Assembly (NCBI GenBank): GCA_039091335.1
Contig: JAWCME010000001.1
Span: 1-64,000, forward strand
DNA from: Candidatus Aenigmatarchaeota archaeon
GTDB taxonomy: Archaea; Aenigmatarchaeota; Aenigmatarchaeia; CG10238-14; SCSR01
Direction: 5' to 3'
DNA: 64,000 nt
Part shown: positions 1-9,788 of the stretch, piece by piece
Position numbering within the stretch: the stretch's first letter is position 1
Layout: the number at the start of each line of letters is the position of its first letter
The notes under the pieces: model-generated
Database searches by the model: none
Told to the model about the DNA's origin: nothing
The model's input: the letters and a program-made list of their open reading frames with translations, nothing else
Program-made: the position numbers and the translations under genes

Positions 1-85
1 TTTATTCCTTAATTTTTCCTCTAGACATTCCGCTTGAGATTCAAGAAAGGGGAGAAAGCGAAAAGCATATAAAGTTTAGCAAGGA

Positions 86-185
86 CGCCGAGGGTGGGAT
101 TTGAACCCACACTCCCCAAAGGGGAACCAGCTTTCTTTCCAAAAAACTCAAGGCTGGCGCATTCGCCTGATTCTGCCACCTCGGC
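86..185 (-). tRNA. tRNA-Ser(UGA) with 14-nt intron at 37/38 (intron 133..146)
   Basis: Reverse complement gives acceptor GCCGAGG/CCTCGGC+G73, anticodon stem CCAGC/GCTGG, CT-TGA-G[TTTTTTGGAAAGAA]A, long variable arm TTCCCC-TTT-GGGGAG and T-loop TTCAAAT; no encoded CCA. Confidence 0.93.
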
Positions 186-252
186 TTCTCATCATATTTT
201 TTTCAGACCTTGAGCTAACAATTTCAATATATTAGTTTAAAAACAAAAGGTT

Positions 253-549
253 TTATTTTAAGATTTCTATTTTTCCTGATCTTGGAATGTTTAGCTGTAG
301 CTTTCCTCTAAACTCTGTGACAAATGCTCCGCTTATACTAACATTATCCCCTTCTTTAATTCTATCTATTTGCTCTTGCCACAAGCTTAGTGTAATTTCC
401 CCTGTTTCATCTTCTATGCTTGCATTTGCCACTCTTCTTCTTCCAAACTTTGTCATCACTTCCCTCTCTTCCTCTATGTTTATTACCCTACCTTCAACAG
501 AAACATTGCTCATGCCTCTTTTTATTTCATTTATTTTCATTAAATTCAC
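253..549 (-). CDS. Single OB-fold ssDNA-binding protein (SSB/RPA)
   Basis: VEGRV...DETGEITLSLW...GAFVTEFRGKLQLN OB-fold pattern. Confidence 0.85.
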   Translation of the reverse strand: MNLMKINEIKRGMSNVSVEGRVINIEEEREVMTKFGRRRVANASIEDETGEITLSLWQEQIDRIKEGDNVSISGAFVTEFRGKLQLNIPRSGKIEILK

Positions 550-758
550 AATTTCATTTTGTGTTTAAATTTAGATTTTTTTGCCTTGCTTAAAGGCCAC
601 ACATCTTCTATGAGCATATCAGGAATTTCTTCGTCCAAAACAGGATACGCCAATTTACATCTCTTACAAACTATAAACATTCCCATTTCTTCTAAACTTC
701 CACTACATTTTGGACATGCCAATATCTCGAGCAACTCTTTTGGTATAGTCATTTCCAT
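546..758 (-). CDS. Trm112-like protein
   Basis: LLEILACPKC...C..C..AYPV...IPDML signature. Confidence 0.85.
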   Translation of the reverse strand: MEMTIPKELLEILACPKCSGSLEEMGMFIVCKRCKLAYPVLDEEIPDMLIEDVWPLSKAKKSKFKHKMKL

Positions 759-794
759 CTTCTTTATTATTCTTTATTCTATCAATCTTAAATT

Positions 795-1733
795 TTAAGA
801 GATCTTAGGATATATTCCTTTCTCTAAGAAAACCCTATCAGTTCTTACAGCTGTTCCTTCTTTTTTTTCAAACATCTCCTTACTGCTCATCTTCGCAACT
901 CCTATCGCAACAAGCTCGTTTTTTAAAGAATAGATTGCAACTTTTTCTTCTGGCTTAATGCCATCCTGAATTCTTGTTATTCCAGAAACAAAAAGTGGAG
1001 AACCGGAGACAATGCTATGTATTGCTGAATCTTTCACAAACACTTTTTTCACATGCGGTATTGCAAACTCAATGGGAATCAAAATCTTTCTTATTATTTC
1101 TTCGTTTAAATCTTTTATTGCGTCGTAAACATGAATTAAAGGCACTGCATTTTCCTCAGTAAAATTCCCTACTCTTGTGCGTCTCAACTCTTTAAGGTGA
1201 GCACCAAAACCAAGAGTCATTCCCAAATCTGAACAAATCTTTCTTACATATGTTCCCGCCTCACACCCGATTTTAAACAACACATCCTTGCCGTCAATTT
1301 CTATCAAGTCGAAATAGTAAACTTTCCTTTTTCTTGGTCTTCTCGAGACTGCCGATTTTACCGGCGGCACTTGGACTATCTCTCCAATGAACTTTAAAAC
1401 AGTTCTTTTAAGTAAATTTTCATCCACTTCTTTGTGTAAATGCATCACCCCAACATACTCTTTATCTAAACCCATCAATAGTGGAATTGCTTTTGTAGCA
1501 TTCTCTATAGCTATTGGTAGGACTCCTGTAGCTGCAGGATCTAAAGTACCAGCGTGCCCTGCCTTCTTCACATTAAAAATTTCTTTTACCCAAGCCGTTA
1601 TTTGATGAGAAGTTGGACCAAAGTGTTTATCTATAACTAATATAGAAGTTTTAATCAGTTCTTTTACAGTCCTTTCCTCTGGGGGTTTTCCATAGTTTAC
1701 GTTAGTCTCTTCTTCAGACCTTATTAGCCACAT
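795..1733 (-). CDS. cbf5: H/ACA RNA-guided pseudouridine synthase Cbf5
   Basis: GPTSHQ, KAGHAGTLDP catalytic motif, GTYVR, C-terminal PUA domain; uninterrupted. Confidence 0.96.
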   Translation of the reverse strand: MWLIRSEEETNVNYGKPPEERTVKELIKTSILVIDKHFGPTSHQITAWVKEIFNVKKAGHAGTLDPAATGVLPIAIENATKAIPLLMGLDKEYVGVMHLHKEVDENLLKRTVLKFIGEIVQVPPVKSAVSRRPRKRKVYYFDLIEIDGKDVLFKIGCEAGTYVRKICSDLGMTLGFGAHLKELRRTRVGNFTEENAVPLIHVYDAIKDLNEEIIRKILIPIEFAIPHVKKVFVKDSAIHSIVSGSPLFVSGITRIQDGIKPEEKVAIYSLKNELVAIGVAKMSSKEMFEKKEGTAVRTDRVFLEKGIYPKIS

Positions 1734-1803
1734 GTTTTTTCACATTTAGTAATAGTATAAGGTTAAAACATTAACATTTCTTATTTCTCGCCTCTAACAG
1801 ATT

Positions 1804-2139
1804 CTACTTTTTTGCCGCTTTCTTTTCTTTCTTTGTCTTGGTTTTATCTGATTTAATCTCAGCAGCAGAAGGTTTTTTCAAACCAAATTTTTTAATAAGG
1901 TTTGCTTTTTCAAAAGCTTCTATAACCTCTTCTTCGCCTGCATCTTCTTTTATTTCCAGCGTATATTTGGTTGGTTCAAGGTGTTTTACATTACATCTTC
2001 TTCTTTTAACCCCAGTCAGCAATTTTGGTCCTGTTATCAAAACAAAGTTGTTGTCTATTTTTTTCAATACAACAGCATACTTTCCTCCTTCTCTTCCACC
2101 AATCTTCATCACAACCCTTCCAACTTCCAGGCTAGCCAT
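1804..2139 (-). CDS. rpl14e: 50S ribosomal protein L14e
   Basis: EVGRVVMKIGGREGG...GPKLLTGVKRRRCNVKHLEPT. Confidence 0.95.
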   Translation of the reverse strand: MASLEVGRVVMKIGGREGGKYAVVLKKIDNNFVLITGPKLLTGVKRRRCNVKHLEPTKYTLEIKEDAGEEEVIEAFEKANLIKKFGLKKPSAAEIKSDKTKTKKEKKAAKK

Positions 2140-2143
2140 ATCA

Positions 2144-2386
2144 TCACCCCAAACCCCTTGCCTTTTCTTTTAAAACCTCCCTTGCACATTTAGCACAAAA
2201 GTATCCACCAAACTTTCTTTCTGGTCTTCTTTTTGTTTTTGCAATTTTTCTTATTTGAGAAGGCGATAATCTCGGCACACCTTGCAATGGTTTTTTGCAT
2301 CTTGCGCATCTGGCAATTTTTGGCTTTTTCTTTGCTATATGAATTACTGTTTTTCCAGACGGTGTCCTTCTTTTTACCTTCTTCAT
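2144..2386 (-). CDS. rpl34e: 50S ribosomal protein L34e
   Basis: RRTPSG...CARC..PLQGV...RPERKFGGYFCAKC. Confidence 0.95.
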   Translation of the reverse strand: MKKVKRRTPSGKTVIHIAKKKPKIARCARCKKPLQGVPRLSPSQIRKIAKTKRRPERKFGGYFCAKCAREVLKEKARGLG

Positions 2387-2387
2387 T

Positions 2388-2879
2388 TCAATCACTTAAC
2401 AATTTGTTGAAAAACCAGCTGATTGCAATAGCAATCAACATATACCAATATAGCCAACTTAAGGTTGAGCCTATAATTGGTATGTTAAAAGGTGTAGCCA
2501 CAACCATTCCACTAAACTTATACTTCATCCATGGCAAAAAAATAGCAAGAATTAATATTGAAATTATCGTTGCTTTCAGTGTATGCCTTATATATTCTCT
2601 ATTCAATTTCATCATTTCTCCTAAGAACCTATTCATTTCTTCAGAATTTCCGTTTTTTTGTGCATTTATAAGATTTGCTCTAATTTCATCCATTTTGTTT
2701 TTTATTTCCTTCAAAAAATTTCTATCCACAAAAACTCTATTTAGGAAAAATGCGATAAGAGTTAATATTGTTGAAATTATTAGAAGTGAAACATGGGGTT
2801 TTAAAAGTGTTATAGGAGAAAAAACAAAATCAAATAAATTTATTACCATTGCAGTTATTTTTTCAAGCAACCTACTCAC
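2388..2879 (-). CDS. DUF106 / EMC3-Get1-Oxa1 superfamily membrane protein
   Basis: Three TM segments with coiled coil and WLYWY motif; conserved position between secY and L34e. Confidence 0.85.
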   Translation of the reverse strand: MSRLLEKITAMVINLFDFVFSPITLLKPHVSLLIISTILTLIAFFLNRVFVDRNFLKEIKNKMDEIRANLINAQKNGNSEEMNRFLGEMMKLNREYIRHTLKATIISILILAIFLPWMKYKFSGMVVATPFNIPIIGSTLSWLYWYMLIAIAISWFFNKLLSD

Positions 2880-4251
2880 CTATAATCTTTCTAATAATTG
2901 GATGAAGCTCGTCTATCTTTTGCATCCTAAATTCTTCATAATAATTATAAACTATCATCACAGTTAATAAAATTCCTGTCCCCGTACCAAGTGCTCCGGT
3001 AAAATCCGCTACGGTTGCCAAAAAACCAACAAATAATCCTCCCAAAACTGCAAGGTAGGGGATGTATTTTTTTAAAACACTTTCTATTGTTTTTTTGTCC
3101 CTTCTATAACCGGGAATTTGCATACCTATACTTTCGATTTGTTCGGCGACGCCTGCCGGGTCCATTCCAGAAGTGGATATCCAAAAGACAGAAAATATTA
3201 TACATGTTATTGACATAAAAATCATATAAGTTATTGCCCTAATAATCTCTGGAGACGAAACTGTTCCGAGTATTATGTTTTCCAAAAGATATCTTGGAGA
3301 GGTCAAATAATAAACTATGCCACTAACTACATTTCCATTTTCATCGTAACAAGCTAAAAAACTACAGTTTGTGTTTGTATCTATCCCGAATCTTCCCAGA
3401 AGCTGTAGGTAAGATATTAGCGCTGCTGCAAGTATAACTGGAATGTTGCTTGTGTAAAATAACTTCAATGTCCAGGTTCTTCCAAATCCACGCAAAAAAG
3501 AGAATGCAAGTGGAATTTCAACTCCTATGTCTTGGGCATAAACTACTATTAAAAATATTAAAATTGTTGAGAGCATTGGCAATAAGTTAATTAGTGCAAG
3601 TGAATTGTTTCCTATCCATACATAGTTTAAAAAGTTCCAAAGTTTTCCTACAAACTCTCCTGTTGGTGTTTTGAACGGGCTTATTGTTGAAATTATAATT
3701 TGACTTCCAACCCCAGCCGCTATAAAAAGGCTTATTCCTGAACCAATCCCCCATTTACTCACAAGCTCATCAAGAAGAATTACAATTATTCCTCCCATAG
3801 CAAGTTGAAATACAACAAAAACAAAAATTAGAATTCCAGGCTTAACTGGAATTGCCCCCCCCATCAGATATGCAATGCTCGTTAGAAAACAGAAGAGTAT
3901 TGCTAAAAATTTGCTCCATGTTTGGAATTTTTCTCTTGATTCTGGCTTTGACATGTCCCAGTTTATTATCTTTGAACCTATTAGCAATTGAAGAAGTATT
4001 CCAGAAGTTACTATTGGCCCTATTCCTAAAGTCATAAGGCTTCCAAACTTAGCACCAAGCAACAACTGAATTGTCATAAGATATTCAAGTTCAGGAACCT
4101 TTGCAATCCCGTATATTGTTATGTGGGAAAGCAGAAAGTACAGAATCAAAGCTATTCCTGTCCACATAATCCTTTTGTTGAGTGGTTGTTTATATTTTGG
4201 TTTCTCTACTGCTGGTAAAAATTTTGATATTTTTTCTATTGGAATCTTCAC
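2872..4251 (-). CDS. secY: Preprotein translocase subunit SecY
   Basis: GSLMTLGIGPIVT, GIGSGISLFI, YTSNIPVIL, QIPGYR, GTGILLTV. Confidence 0.97.
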   Translation of the reverse strand: MKIPIEKISKFLPAVEKPKYKQPLNKRIMWTGIALILYFLLSHITIYGIAKVPELEYLMTIQLLLGAKFGSLMTLGIGPIVTSGILLQLLIGSKIINWDMSKPESREKFQTWSKFLAILFCFLTSIAYLMGGAIPVKPGILIFVFVVFQLAMGGIIVILLDELVSKWGIGSGISLFIAAGVGSQIIISTISPFKTPTGEFVGKLWNFLNYVWIGNNSLALINLLPMLSTILIFLIVVYAQDIGVEIPLAFSFLRGFGRTWTLKLFYTSNIPVILAAALISYLQLLGRFGIDTNTNCSFLACYDENGNVVSGIVYYLTSPRYLLENIILGTVSSPEIIRAITYMIFMSITCIIFSVFWISTSGMDPAGVAEQIESIGMQIPGYRRDKKTIESVLKKYIPYLAVLGGLFVGFLATVADFTGALGTGTGILLTVMIVYNYYEEFRMQKIDELHPIIRKIIGE

Positions 4252-4303
4252 TTTATCACTTGTTTATCTTTTAAATTTGAAGATTATATTTTTTATGTAA
4301 AAA

Positions 4304-4735
4304 TTAGGACAAAAATTTTGCCTTCCCTCCAGCCCTCTCTATTTTTTCAATCGCATTCTTAGAGAAGAATTTTGCCTCAACTATTAATGGTTTGCTTATT
4401 TTTCCTGAGCCCAAAACCTTATCATATCCTAACTTCAAAACATTTACTTTTACCAAATCCCCTTCTTTTTCTGATATTTCCTTGCTTTCAATAATTTTTT
4501 CTAGCTCCCCCAGGTTTATTGATTTTGGTTTACGAAAAACTTCCTTTGGTCTTTTGAACCCAATCTTTCCAAAATGGTTTGGAGCGTATTTTACTGTATA
4601 GGTCCATTTCTGCTTGTGCATTCCAGCCATTCCTCTTCCTCCTCTTGACCCCTTCCCCCTTCTCTTCTTATGACTACCATGGTATGTTCTTCTTCCCCTG
4701 AATTTTCTATGTTTTTTTTCTTTTCTAACAACCAT
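4304..4735 (-). CDS. rpl15: 50S ribosomal protein uL15
   Basis: RGKGSRGGRGMAG...HFGKIGF...KVLGSG...KIERAGG. Confidence 0.96.
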   Translation of the reverse strand: MVVRKEKKHRKFRGRRTYHGSHKKRRGKGSRGGRGMAGMHKQKWTYTVKYAPNHFGKIGFKRPKEVFRKPKSINLGELEKIIESKEISEKEGDLVKVNVLKLGYDKVLGSGKISKPLIVEAKFFSKNAIEKIERAGGKAKFLS

Positions 4736-5191
4736 CTATATCATCCTTCTTAAAAGCTCATTTATTTCTTTCCCCCTATATCCAATGTCTCCCTTCGGAT
4801 AAAATTCCTTCAAAGATTTAAACCCTTTTGAAGGGGGGGTAAGCCTGAAAACTGGTTTAAGATTCTTTATTTCTTTCATTTTTTTCCTACCTTCAAATAT
4901 TTCTAATGCTAGCTCTTCTATTGAATTAAAGCCAAGCTCCTTTACGTTTTCCTCTGTTAGTCTTTTGCTTTCACTAATTCTTCCCCTCTTTTTTAACATT
5001 TCAAAAAAAACATTAAAATCTATCTCACCATAAGTAACAAAATTTTTCACCTTTTCAATCATCCCTTTTAAATCTTCCCTTTCTTCTAGTACAACACAAC
5101 TGTTAACTTTTTCAAGCCTTAACATTTTAAGCGTGTCCTCTATTTCCTTTTTTGTTCCAACCTTTCCTCTTATTCTTATTACCGCATACAT
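4736..5191 (-). CDS. rpl30: 50S ribosomal protein uL30 (archaeal long form)
   Basis: MYAVIRIRG...TLKMLRL...FRLTPP...GYRGKEINELLRRMI. Confidence 0.96.
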   Translation of the reverse strand: MYAVIRIRGKVGTKKEIEDTLKMLRLEKVNSCVVLEEREDLKGMIEKVKNFVTYGEIDFNVFFEMLKKRGRISESKRLTEENVKELGFNSIEELALEIFEGRKKMKEIKNLKPVFRLTPPSKGFKSLKEFYPKGDIGYRGKEINELLRRMI

Positions 5192-5242
5192 CTTTGTCTT
5201 TAATTATTAAAGAATTTAAAAATTAAAAAACAATAGTTTTGC

Positions 5243-5824
5243 GTGTACGGAATATATCTCGGAAGATTTCAACCATTTCATAAGGGTCATCTAAAAACAG
5301 ATAAAATAGCAAAGAGTCAATATGGCATTGAAGATTCTCTATTCGTTATATTCAACTACACTCCTTTTATTCCTTCTTATTCTTTTCCCTTCAGCAAAAA
5401 AGAACAAGAGGAGATGGTTAGAGCTCTTGGAATAAATACAGTATTTTTTGATATAAATTTGGAAAGTGGTTATTTAAGACATTTACTTCCACACAATTTT
5501 TTAAAAAAATGGATGGAGCTTAGAAGAATCGGTGGTAAGAATGAAAAAAGATACATAACAAGAGACAGAACAGAATTTGTTATCCTCTCCTTCCTTTTTT
5601 TACATCCACTCTACATCCCATTTGGAAAGGACGAGAGAGTTTTTAGGAGTTCAAACATAAAAAAACTAATTTGCGAAGGTAGGATAGAAGAAGTAATTGA
5701 AATGATACCAGAGAACAGAGAATACAGAAGAAAATTCTTAGAAATCGTAAAGAATAAGGATTGGAAAAAAATACCGAGGAGCGGTTATGAAATATTTGGC
5801 CTAAAAATTCCTCCTAGGATTTAG
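5243..5824 (+). CDS. Cytidylyltransferase-like (NMN adenylyltransferase-like) protein, divergent
   Basis: N-terminal GRFQPFHKGH (HxGH) motif and C-terminal RSSNIK. Confidence 0.65.
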   Translation: MYGIYLGRFQPFHKGHLKTDKIAKSQYGIEDSLFVIFNYTPFIPSYSFPFSKKEQEEMVRALGINTVFFDINLESGYLRHLLPHNFLKKWMELRRIGGKNEKRYITRDRTEFVILSFLFLHPLYIPFGKDERVFRSSNIKKLICEGRIEEVIEMIPENREYRRKFLEIVKNKDWKKIPRSGYEIFGLKIPPRI

Positions 5825-6524
5825 CTCTTTCATAAATATATAATTTTTTGAATGCATCAAATATAGCAGAAATAAGGTTTATTCTCATACCTGTATTTCC
5901 AAAACTTTTTACCCAAACGTCCTTTATTCCTGCTAACCTTAAAATTTTTTTAGATTCATCGTCAGCAACCAGACCAACTCCTTTTGGTGCAGGCATAAGT
6001 ATAACTCTAACCGAGCCCGCCTTTCCTTCGGTTTTAAAGGGTATAGAATGTTCTTCACCACAACCACATTCCCAACTTCCACATCCTCTCTTAACCCTTA
6101 TTATGTTTAGTTTAGCCTTTTTAATCGCTTTATTAATTGCATCCCTTGCCTCTGGAGCAGATGCCTTTCCTATTCCAACTAAACCATCTTCATTTCCAAC
6201 AACGACAAATGCATTCATTTTGAACCTTCTCCCAGACCTATGCATTTTTGCTGTTATTCTAATAGGAATCCTTTCAATTCCTCCGCCCTTTCCTGTTCTC
6301 CCCCCTATCATTATTATTTCATCCTTTAGGTTTGGTACAAGCTTGTCTATTATTTCAGCTTCCATTATTTTTTCCCCAGAGTTAAGTATGTCGTCGATAT
6401 TTGATATATCTCCGTTTAAAACTTTTTTTCCAAGGGTTGTTTTTGGAACCCATGCTTCTAGTGAAACTTCTGGCTTAACGGAAGGTAATTCCTCTACTTC
6501 GGCCTCTTCTGCATTCTCTACCAT
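5814..6524 (-). CDS. rps5: 30S ribosomal protein uS5
   Basis: WVPKTTLGK, VKRGCGSWECGC, PAPKGVGLV. Confidence 0.97.
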   Translation of the reverse strand: MVENAEEAEVEELPSVKPEVSLEAWVPKTTLGKKVLNGDISNIDDILNSGEKIMEAEIIDKLVPNLKDEIIMIGGRTGKGGGIERIPIRITAKMHRSGRRFKMNAFVVVGNEDGLVGIGKASAPEARDAINKAIKKAKLNIIRVKRGCGSWECGCGEEHSIPFKTEGKAGSVRVILMPAPKGVGLVADDESKKILRLAGIKDVWVKSFGNTGMRINLISAIFDAFKKLYIYERAKS

Positions 6525-6607
6525 AAAAACCACTATTTTATTTAACTACTAAACTTATATTTATAAATCCATAACATTTATAACTTGGAATTAGTTAAGG
6601 TGTTTAT

Positions 6608-6835
6608 ATGAGTTTGAACAACATTTACGAATTTGTAGAAATTTTAAAAACTACAGGAGGAAAGCCAAGGATAATAGAGAGTTGTATTGTAGTTGATGAC
6701 ATCCCAAGAGAAAAGTATAAAGGTTATAAACCTCCCCAGGTTTTTTGTTTAGAGGGAAAAATAGTAAAAAACAGCAATGTCCTTCCAAAAAGTATTAGAG
6801 AAGAATTAAAAATGAGAAATTACAAATTAGCTTAA
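6608..6835 (+). CDS. Hypothetical protein
   Basis: 75-aa ATG ORF filling the gap between rps5 and rpl18, with an upstream TTTATAA; no recognised motif. Confidence 0.5.
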   Translation: MSLNNIYEFVEILKTTGGKPRIIESCIVVDDIPREKYKGYKPPQVFCLEGKIVKNSNVLPKSIREELKMRNYKLA

Positions 6836-7353
6836 GTTGCCTTTATCTTTTCTTTTATTCTATCAAATTCTTCTGGTAATTCCTTAAATTTTTCTATGTA
6901 GCTTGATATATGAAGTCCCCTTATTCTTTCTTCATCTGGAAATACTCCCTCGCTACAATTTACTTTAAGTCCCGAATCTAACGCACCTTTCACACAAGCG
7001 TAAATCCTTGACCCTTTAGTGGAAGGATATAACCCCATATCAACAATTGCCTCTTTTATCCCTTTTTCAACTGCCCTTTTTCCTATGAGCAAACCTGTTA
7101 AGTATGCTGAAGGTAAATTGTCGCAAGCAAACCTCCAGTTTAACTTTTTTAATTCCTGTGAAGTTGCAGATACAATTGTTTTATCTCCCTCTTTTGAAAA
7201 CTCAACTATCTGGGCACGAATGTACTTCAGGGATTTCCTTATCACAAGTCTTGGTTTTTTTGAGAGTAGGAGTTTTATCCTCTTCTTATAATTTGTTTTG
7301 CCCAATCTTCTTCTTTTAAATTTCATTCTATATGTTGGTTTTGGTTTTTTCAT
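6832..7353 (-). CDS. rpl18: 50S ribosomal protein uL18
   Basis: RRRLGKTNYKKR...PRLVIRKS...NLPSAYLTGLL. Confidence 0.96.
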   Translation of the reverse strand: MKKPKPTYRMKFKRRRLGKTNYKKRIKLLLSKKPRLVIRKSLKYIRAQIVEFSKEGDKTIVSATSQELKKLNWRFACDNLPSAYLTGLLIGKRAVEKGIKEAIVDMGLYPSTKGSRIYACVKGALDSGLKVNCSEGVFPDEERIRGLHISSYIEKFKELPEEFDRIKEKIKAT

Positions 7354-7362
7354 TAAATCACA

Positions 7363-7782
7363 TTACTCTTTAATCAACCCATGCTGCTTAAGATAGGTTT
7401 TCAAGTGAGATCTGCTTCTAAATGTACCACTCTTTACCATTAAGTATAATTTCCTGTATGTTCTTTTATCTATCTTTCCTTCATCTTTCATTTCTTTCAA
7501 ATTTTTTCTAAGCGCCCTAACCGTTAATATCCATCTCTCTTTCTTTGAAAAAACCGCAAACTTTTTTCCTTTCCTTCTACCTGCTCCTTTTCTTTTTTTC
7601 CTCTCCTTTTCTTTTTTTATTTTTTCTGGCAAAACTTTTATATAACCTTTTTTAATTATCCTCCTTATGTCTGCCTTTGTTACGGCTGATTCTACTTCTT
7701 TAATTTTTGTCGGGTCAACCCATACCCTATGCTTTCCAACTTTCAATATTTTTGCAGCCATTCTTTTCTGCGTGTTCGACAT
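7363..7782 (-). CDS. rpl19e: 50S ribosomal protein L19e
   Basis: QKRMAAKILKVGKHRVWVDP...YRKLYLMVKSGTF. Confidence 0.96.
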   Translation of the reverse strand: MSNTQKRMAAKILKVGKHRVWVDPTKIKEVESAVTKADIRRIIKKGYIKVLPEKIKKEKERKKRKGAGRRKGKKFAVFSKKERWILTVRALRKNLKEMKDEGKIDKRTYRKLYLMVKSGTFRSRSHLKTYLKQHGLIKE

Positions 7783-7795
7783 ATATTTATTTTAA

Positions 7796-8647
7796 ATGAT
7801 AAAGGATAAAATAATGAAGGAGGTTGAAAATCTTTTACAAAAGGGGCCCATATTGGACAAAAATGATACCCTACCCCATATAAGGAATTTGATTAATAAG
7901 TTTTCTGTTTACGAATTACCTGTTACAGAAGGATTAAGGTTGTTGGGAACTGTGAGCATTAGGAAGATTGTTAATTTTTTGAAAAACACGAAAACAGAAA
8001 ACATTCTAGCGCAAAATTTGGTTGAAAAAAATTTTATTCGTGTTAGAATTGATTCTGAAATTAAAGAAATTGTAGAAAATTTTTTGAAAACTAAAAAATT
8101 CATTGCCTGTTTTGTTTCAGAAGATATATTATACGGGTATTTGCAAAGGTTAAAATTGTTGAATTTTTTACTTCAAACAAAAGAAAGTGTTAGTGGATTA
8201 ATTTCTAGTGACTTTGTTTCTGTTCAATTCGACGACGGAATAGAAAAACTCATAAAAGCTGTTAAAAAGGAAAAAAATGTTGTTGTTTTTAAGAACGAAA
8301 TCATAATAAATGCTTTTTCCCCCGAGGAACTTTATTCCTTACTTTTTATTGGAAATTATATTAAAAAAGTAGAAAAAGATTTTGAAACGCTAAGATCAGA
8401 CGAAAAAAGGTTTTTGAAGTTTAGGAGAAGACAGCAACTTATAAATTATCTTAAGAAAAATTATTCTTTTATCAGTATTCCTAAATTGAGAATCGGTGAA
8501 ATTTTAAAAGAAGGTAAAATAATTTCGAAAGAAGAGAGAATAGGAAATGTTGCTAGGATTATGTTAGAGATAAATAAGAGTGTCTTGCCATTGGGAGAAG
8601 GGATAATTACAGATTTAGACTTGCTAAGGTATTATTATGAAGGTTAA
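7796..8647 (+). CDS. Degenerate CBS-domain protein
   Basis: ELPV...LLGTVS and LPLGEGIITDLDLL CBS-like motifs; overlaps next CBS gene. Confidence 0.65.
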   Translation: MIKDKIMKEVENLLQKGPILDKNDTLPHIRNLINKFSVYELPVTEGLRLLGTVSIRKIVNFLKNTKTENILAQNLVEKNFIRVRIDSEIKEIVENFLKTKKFIACFVSEDILYGYLQRLKLLNFLLQTKESVSGLISSDFVSVQFDDGIEKLIKAVKKEKNVVVFKNEIIINAFSPEELYSLLFIGNYIKKVEKDFETLRSDEKRFLKFRRRQQLINYLKKNYSFISIPKLRIGEILKEGKIISKEERIGNVARIMLEINKSVLPLGEGIITDLDLLRYYYEG

Positions 8648-9428
8648 AGAAATAATGAACAAAAAACTTGTTTTTATAGACGTAGACAGAAATTTGAGGG
8701 ACGCAATGAAATTAATGGAAAGGAAAAAAATTTCTAGGCTACTTGTAAAGGACGGTAAAAAAATTGTTGGCATAATAACAGAAAGAGATATATCAGAAAG
8801 ACTTGGAAGTTGGAAAGAGAGAAGAATTTCCGACTCTCACATCCATGTATCTTCTGCTTGCACTTATGATTTAATTAAAATTGACTTAAATGAAGAAGTT
8901 AATGTTGCTGCTAAAACTATGTTGGAAAAAAGGATAAGCAGCTTAGTCGTAAGCGATGGGGAAGAAATGGTGGGAATTTTAACGAAAAGTGATTTGATAA
9001 AAGTTTTGAAGAACTCAAAAATTCCTGTTGAAAAATACATGAATAAAACAGTTTTTTCTTTGCCTTTAAATTCTAGCTTATTGCAAACAAGGAAACTTAT
9101 GATGGAAAAGGGGATAAAAAGAGTTTTAATAGTTCATGAGGGTGTAGTTGTAGGAATTGTTACTGAGAGAGATATAGCCAAAGCATTGGGCATGTTTAGA
9201 AAGGTTGTTGAAGGAAAAAATCTTGATGAAAAAATGAAGAAAATTTCTGTAGACACAATTATGTCTAAGGATGTTTTTTATGTTTCCCCTAAGCACACTC
9301 TTGGAGAAGTCGTTAAAATAATGACGGAAAATAAGATAAGTGGCTTGCCTGTTATCGAAGAAGGGAAGGTTTTAGGTATAATAACAAAAACAGATTTGAT
9401 AAGAGCAATTAGTAATTTAAAAGGTTAA
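8637..9428 (+). CDS. Four-CBS-domain protein
   Basis: Repeated VGIITERD / VGILTKSD / LGIITKTD motifs. Confidence 0.92.
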   Translation: MKVKEIMNKKLVFIDVDRNLRDAMKLMERKKISRLLVKDGKKIVGIITERDISERLGSWKERRISDSHIHVSSACTYDLIKIDLNEEVNVAAKTMLEKRISSLVVSDGEEMVGILTKSDLIKVLKNSKIPVEKYMNKTVFSLPLNSSLLQTRKLMMEKGIKRVLIVHEGVVVGIVTERDIAKALGMFRKVVEGKNLDEKMKKISVDTIMSKDVFYVSPKHTLGEVVKIMTENKISGLPVIEEGKVLGIITKTDLIRAISNLKG

Positions 9429-9439
9429 TTCCACAGTAT

Positions 9440-9784
9440 TTACGGGTTTAAAATCTTAATATTTAGTTCTTCGGCCCTTTTTAAAATTTCTTCTCTCTTC
9501 TTTTTTCCTACTGTGCTGGAAATTTTTACTGCTTCTTTTTCTGGATTAATTTTTTCCAAATCTTTAACATTGCACACCAAAATTTCCCTAAATCCAGAAG
9601 GATGAAGGTATTTCAACCTTTTTGGTGCGCCATACCCTATATTAGGCATTTTTGGTTTTCCCTTCTCCCTTCTTCTTATTTTTGAGTGCATGCCTCTTGC
9701 TTTTCTCCATTTTGCCTTTCTTAACCTCTTATAAGCTTTCCACCCCGACCTTAAAAATTTTGGTTTCTTTTTGGGGTTTACCAT
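9440..9784 (-). CDS. rpl32e: 50S ribosomal protein L32e
   Basis: KPKFLR...WRKARGMHSK...GYGAP...LHPSG. Confidence 0.96.
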   Translation of the reverse strand: MVNPKKKPKFLRSGWKAYKRLRKAKWRKARGMHSKIRRREKGKPKMPNIGYGAPKRLKYLHPSGFREILVCNVKDLEKINPEKEAVKISSTVGKKKREEILKRAEELNIKILNP

Positions 9785-9788
9785 ATAA

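Noticed and set aside
795..1733. Intron in cbf5, the classic archaeal mRNA intron host
   Set aside because: KAGHAGTLDP and the whole ORF are uninterrupted
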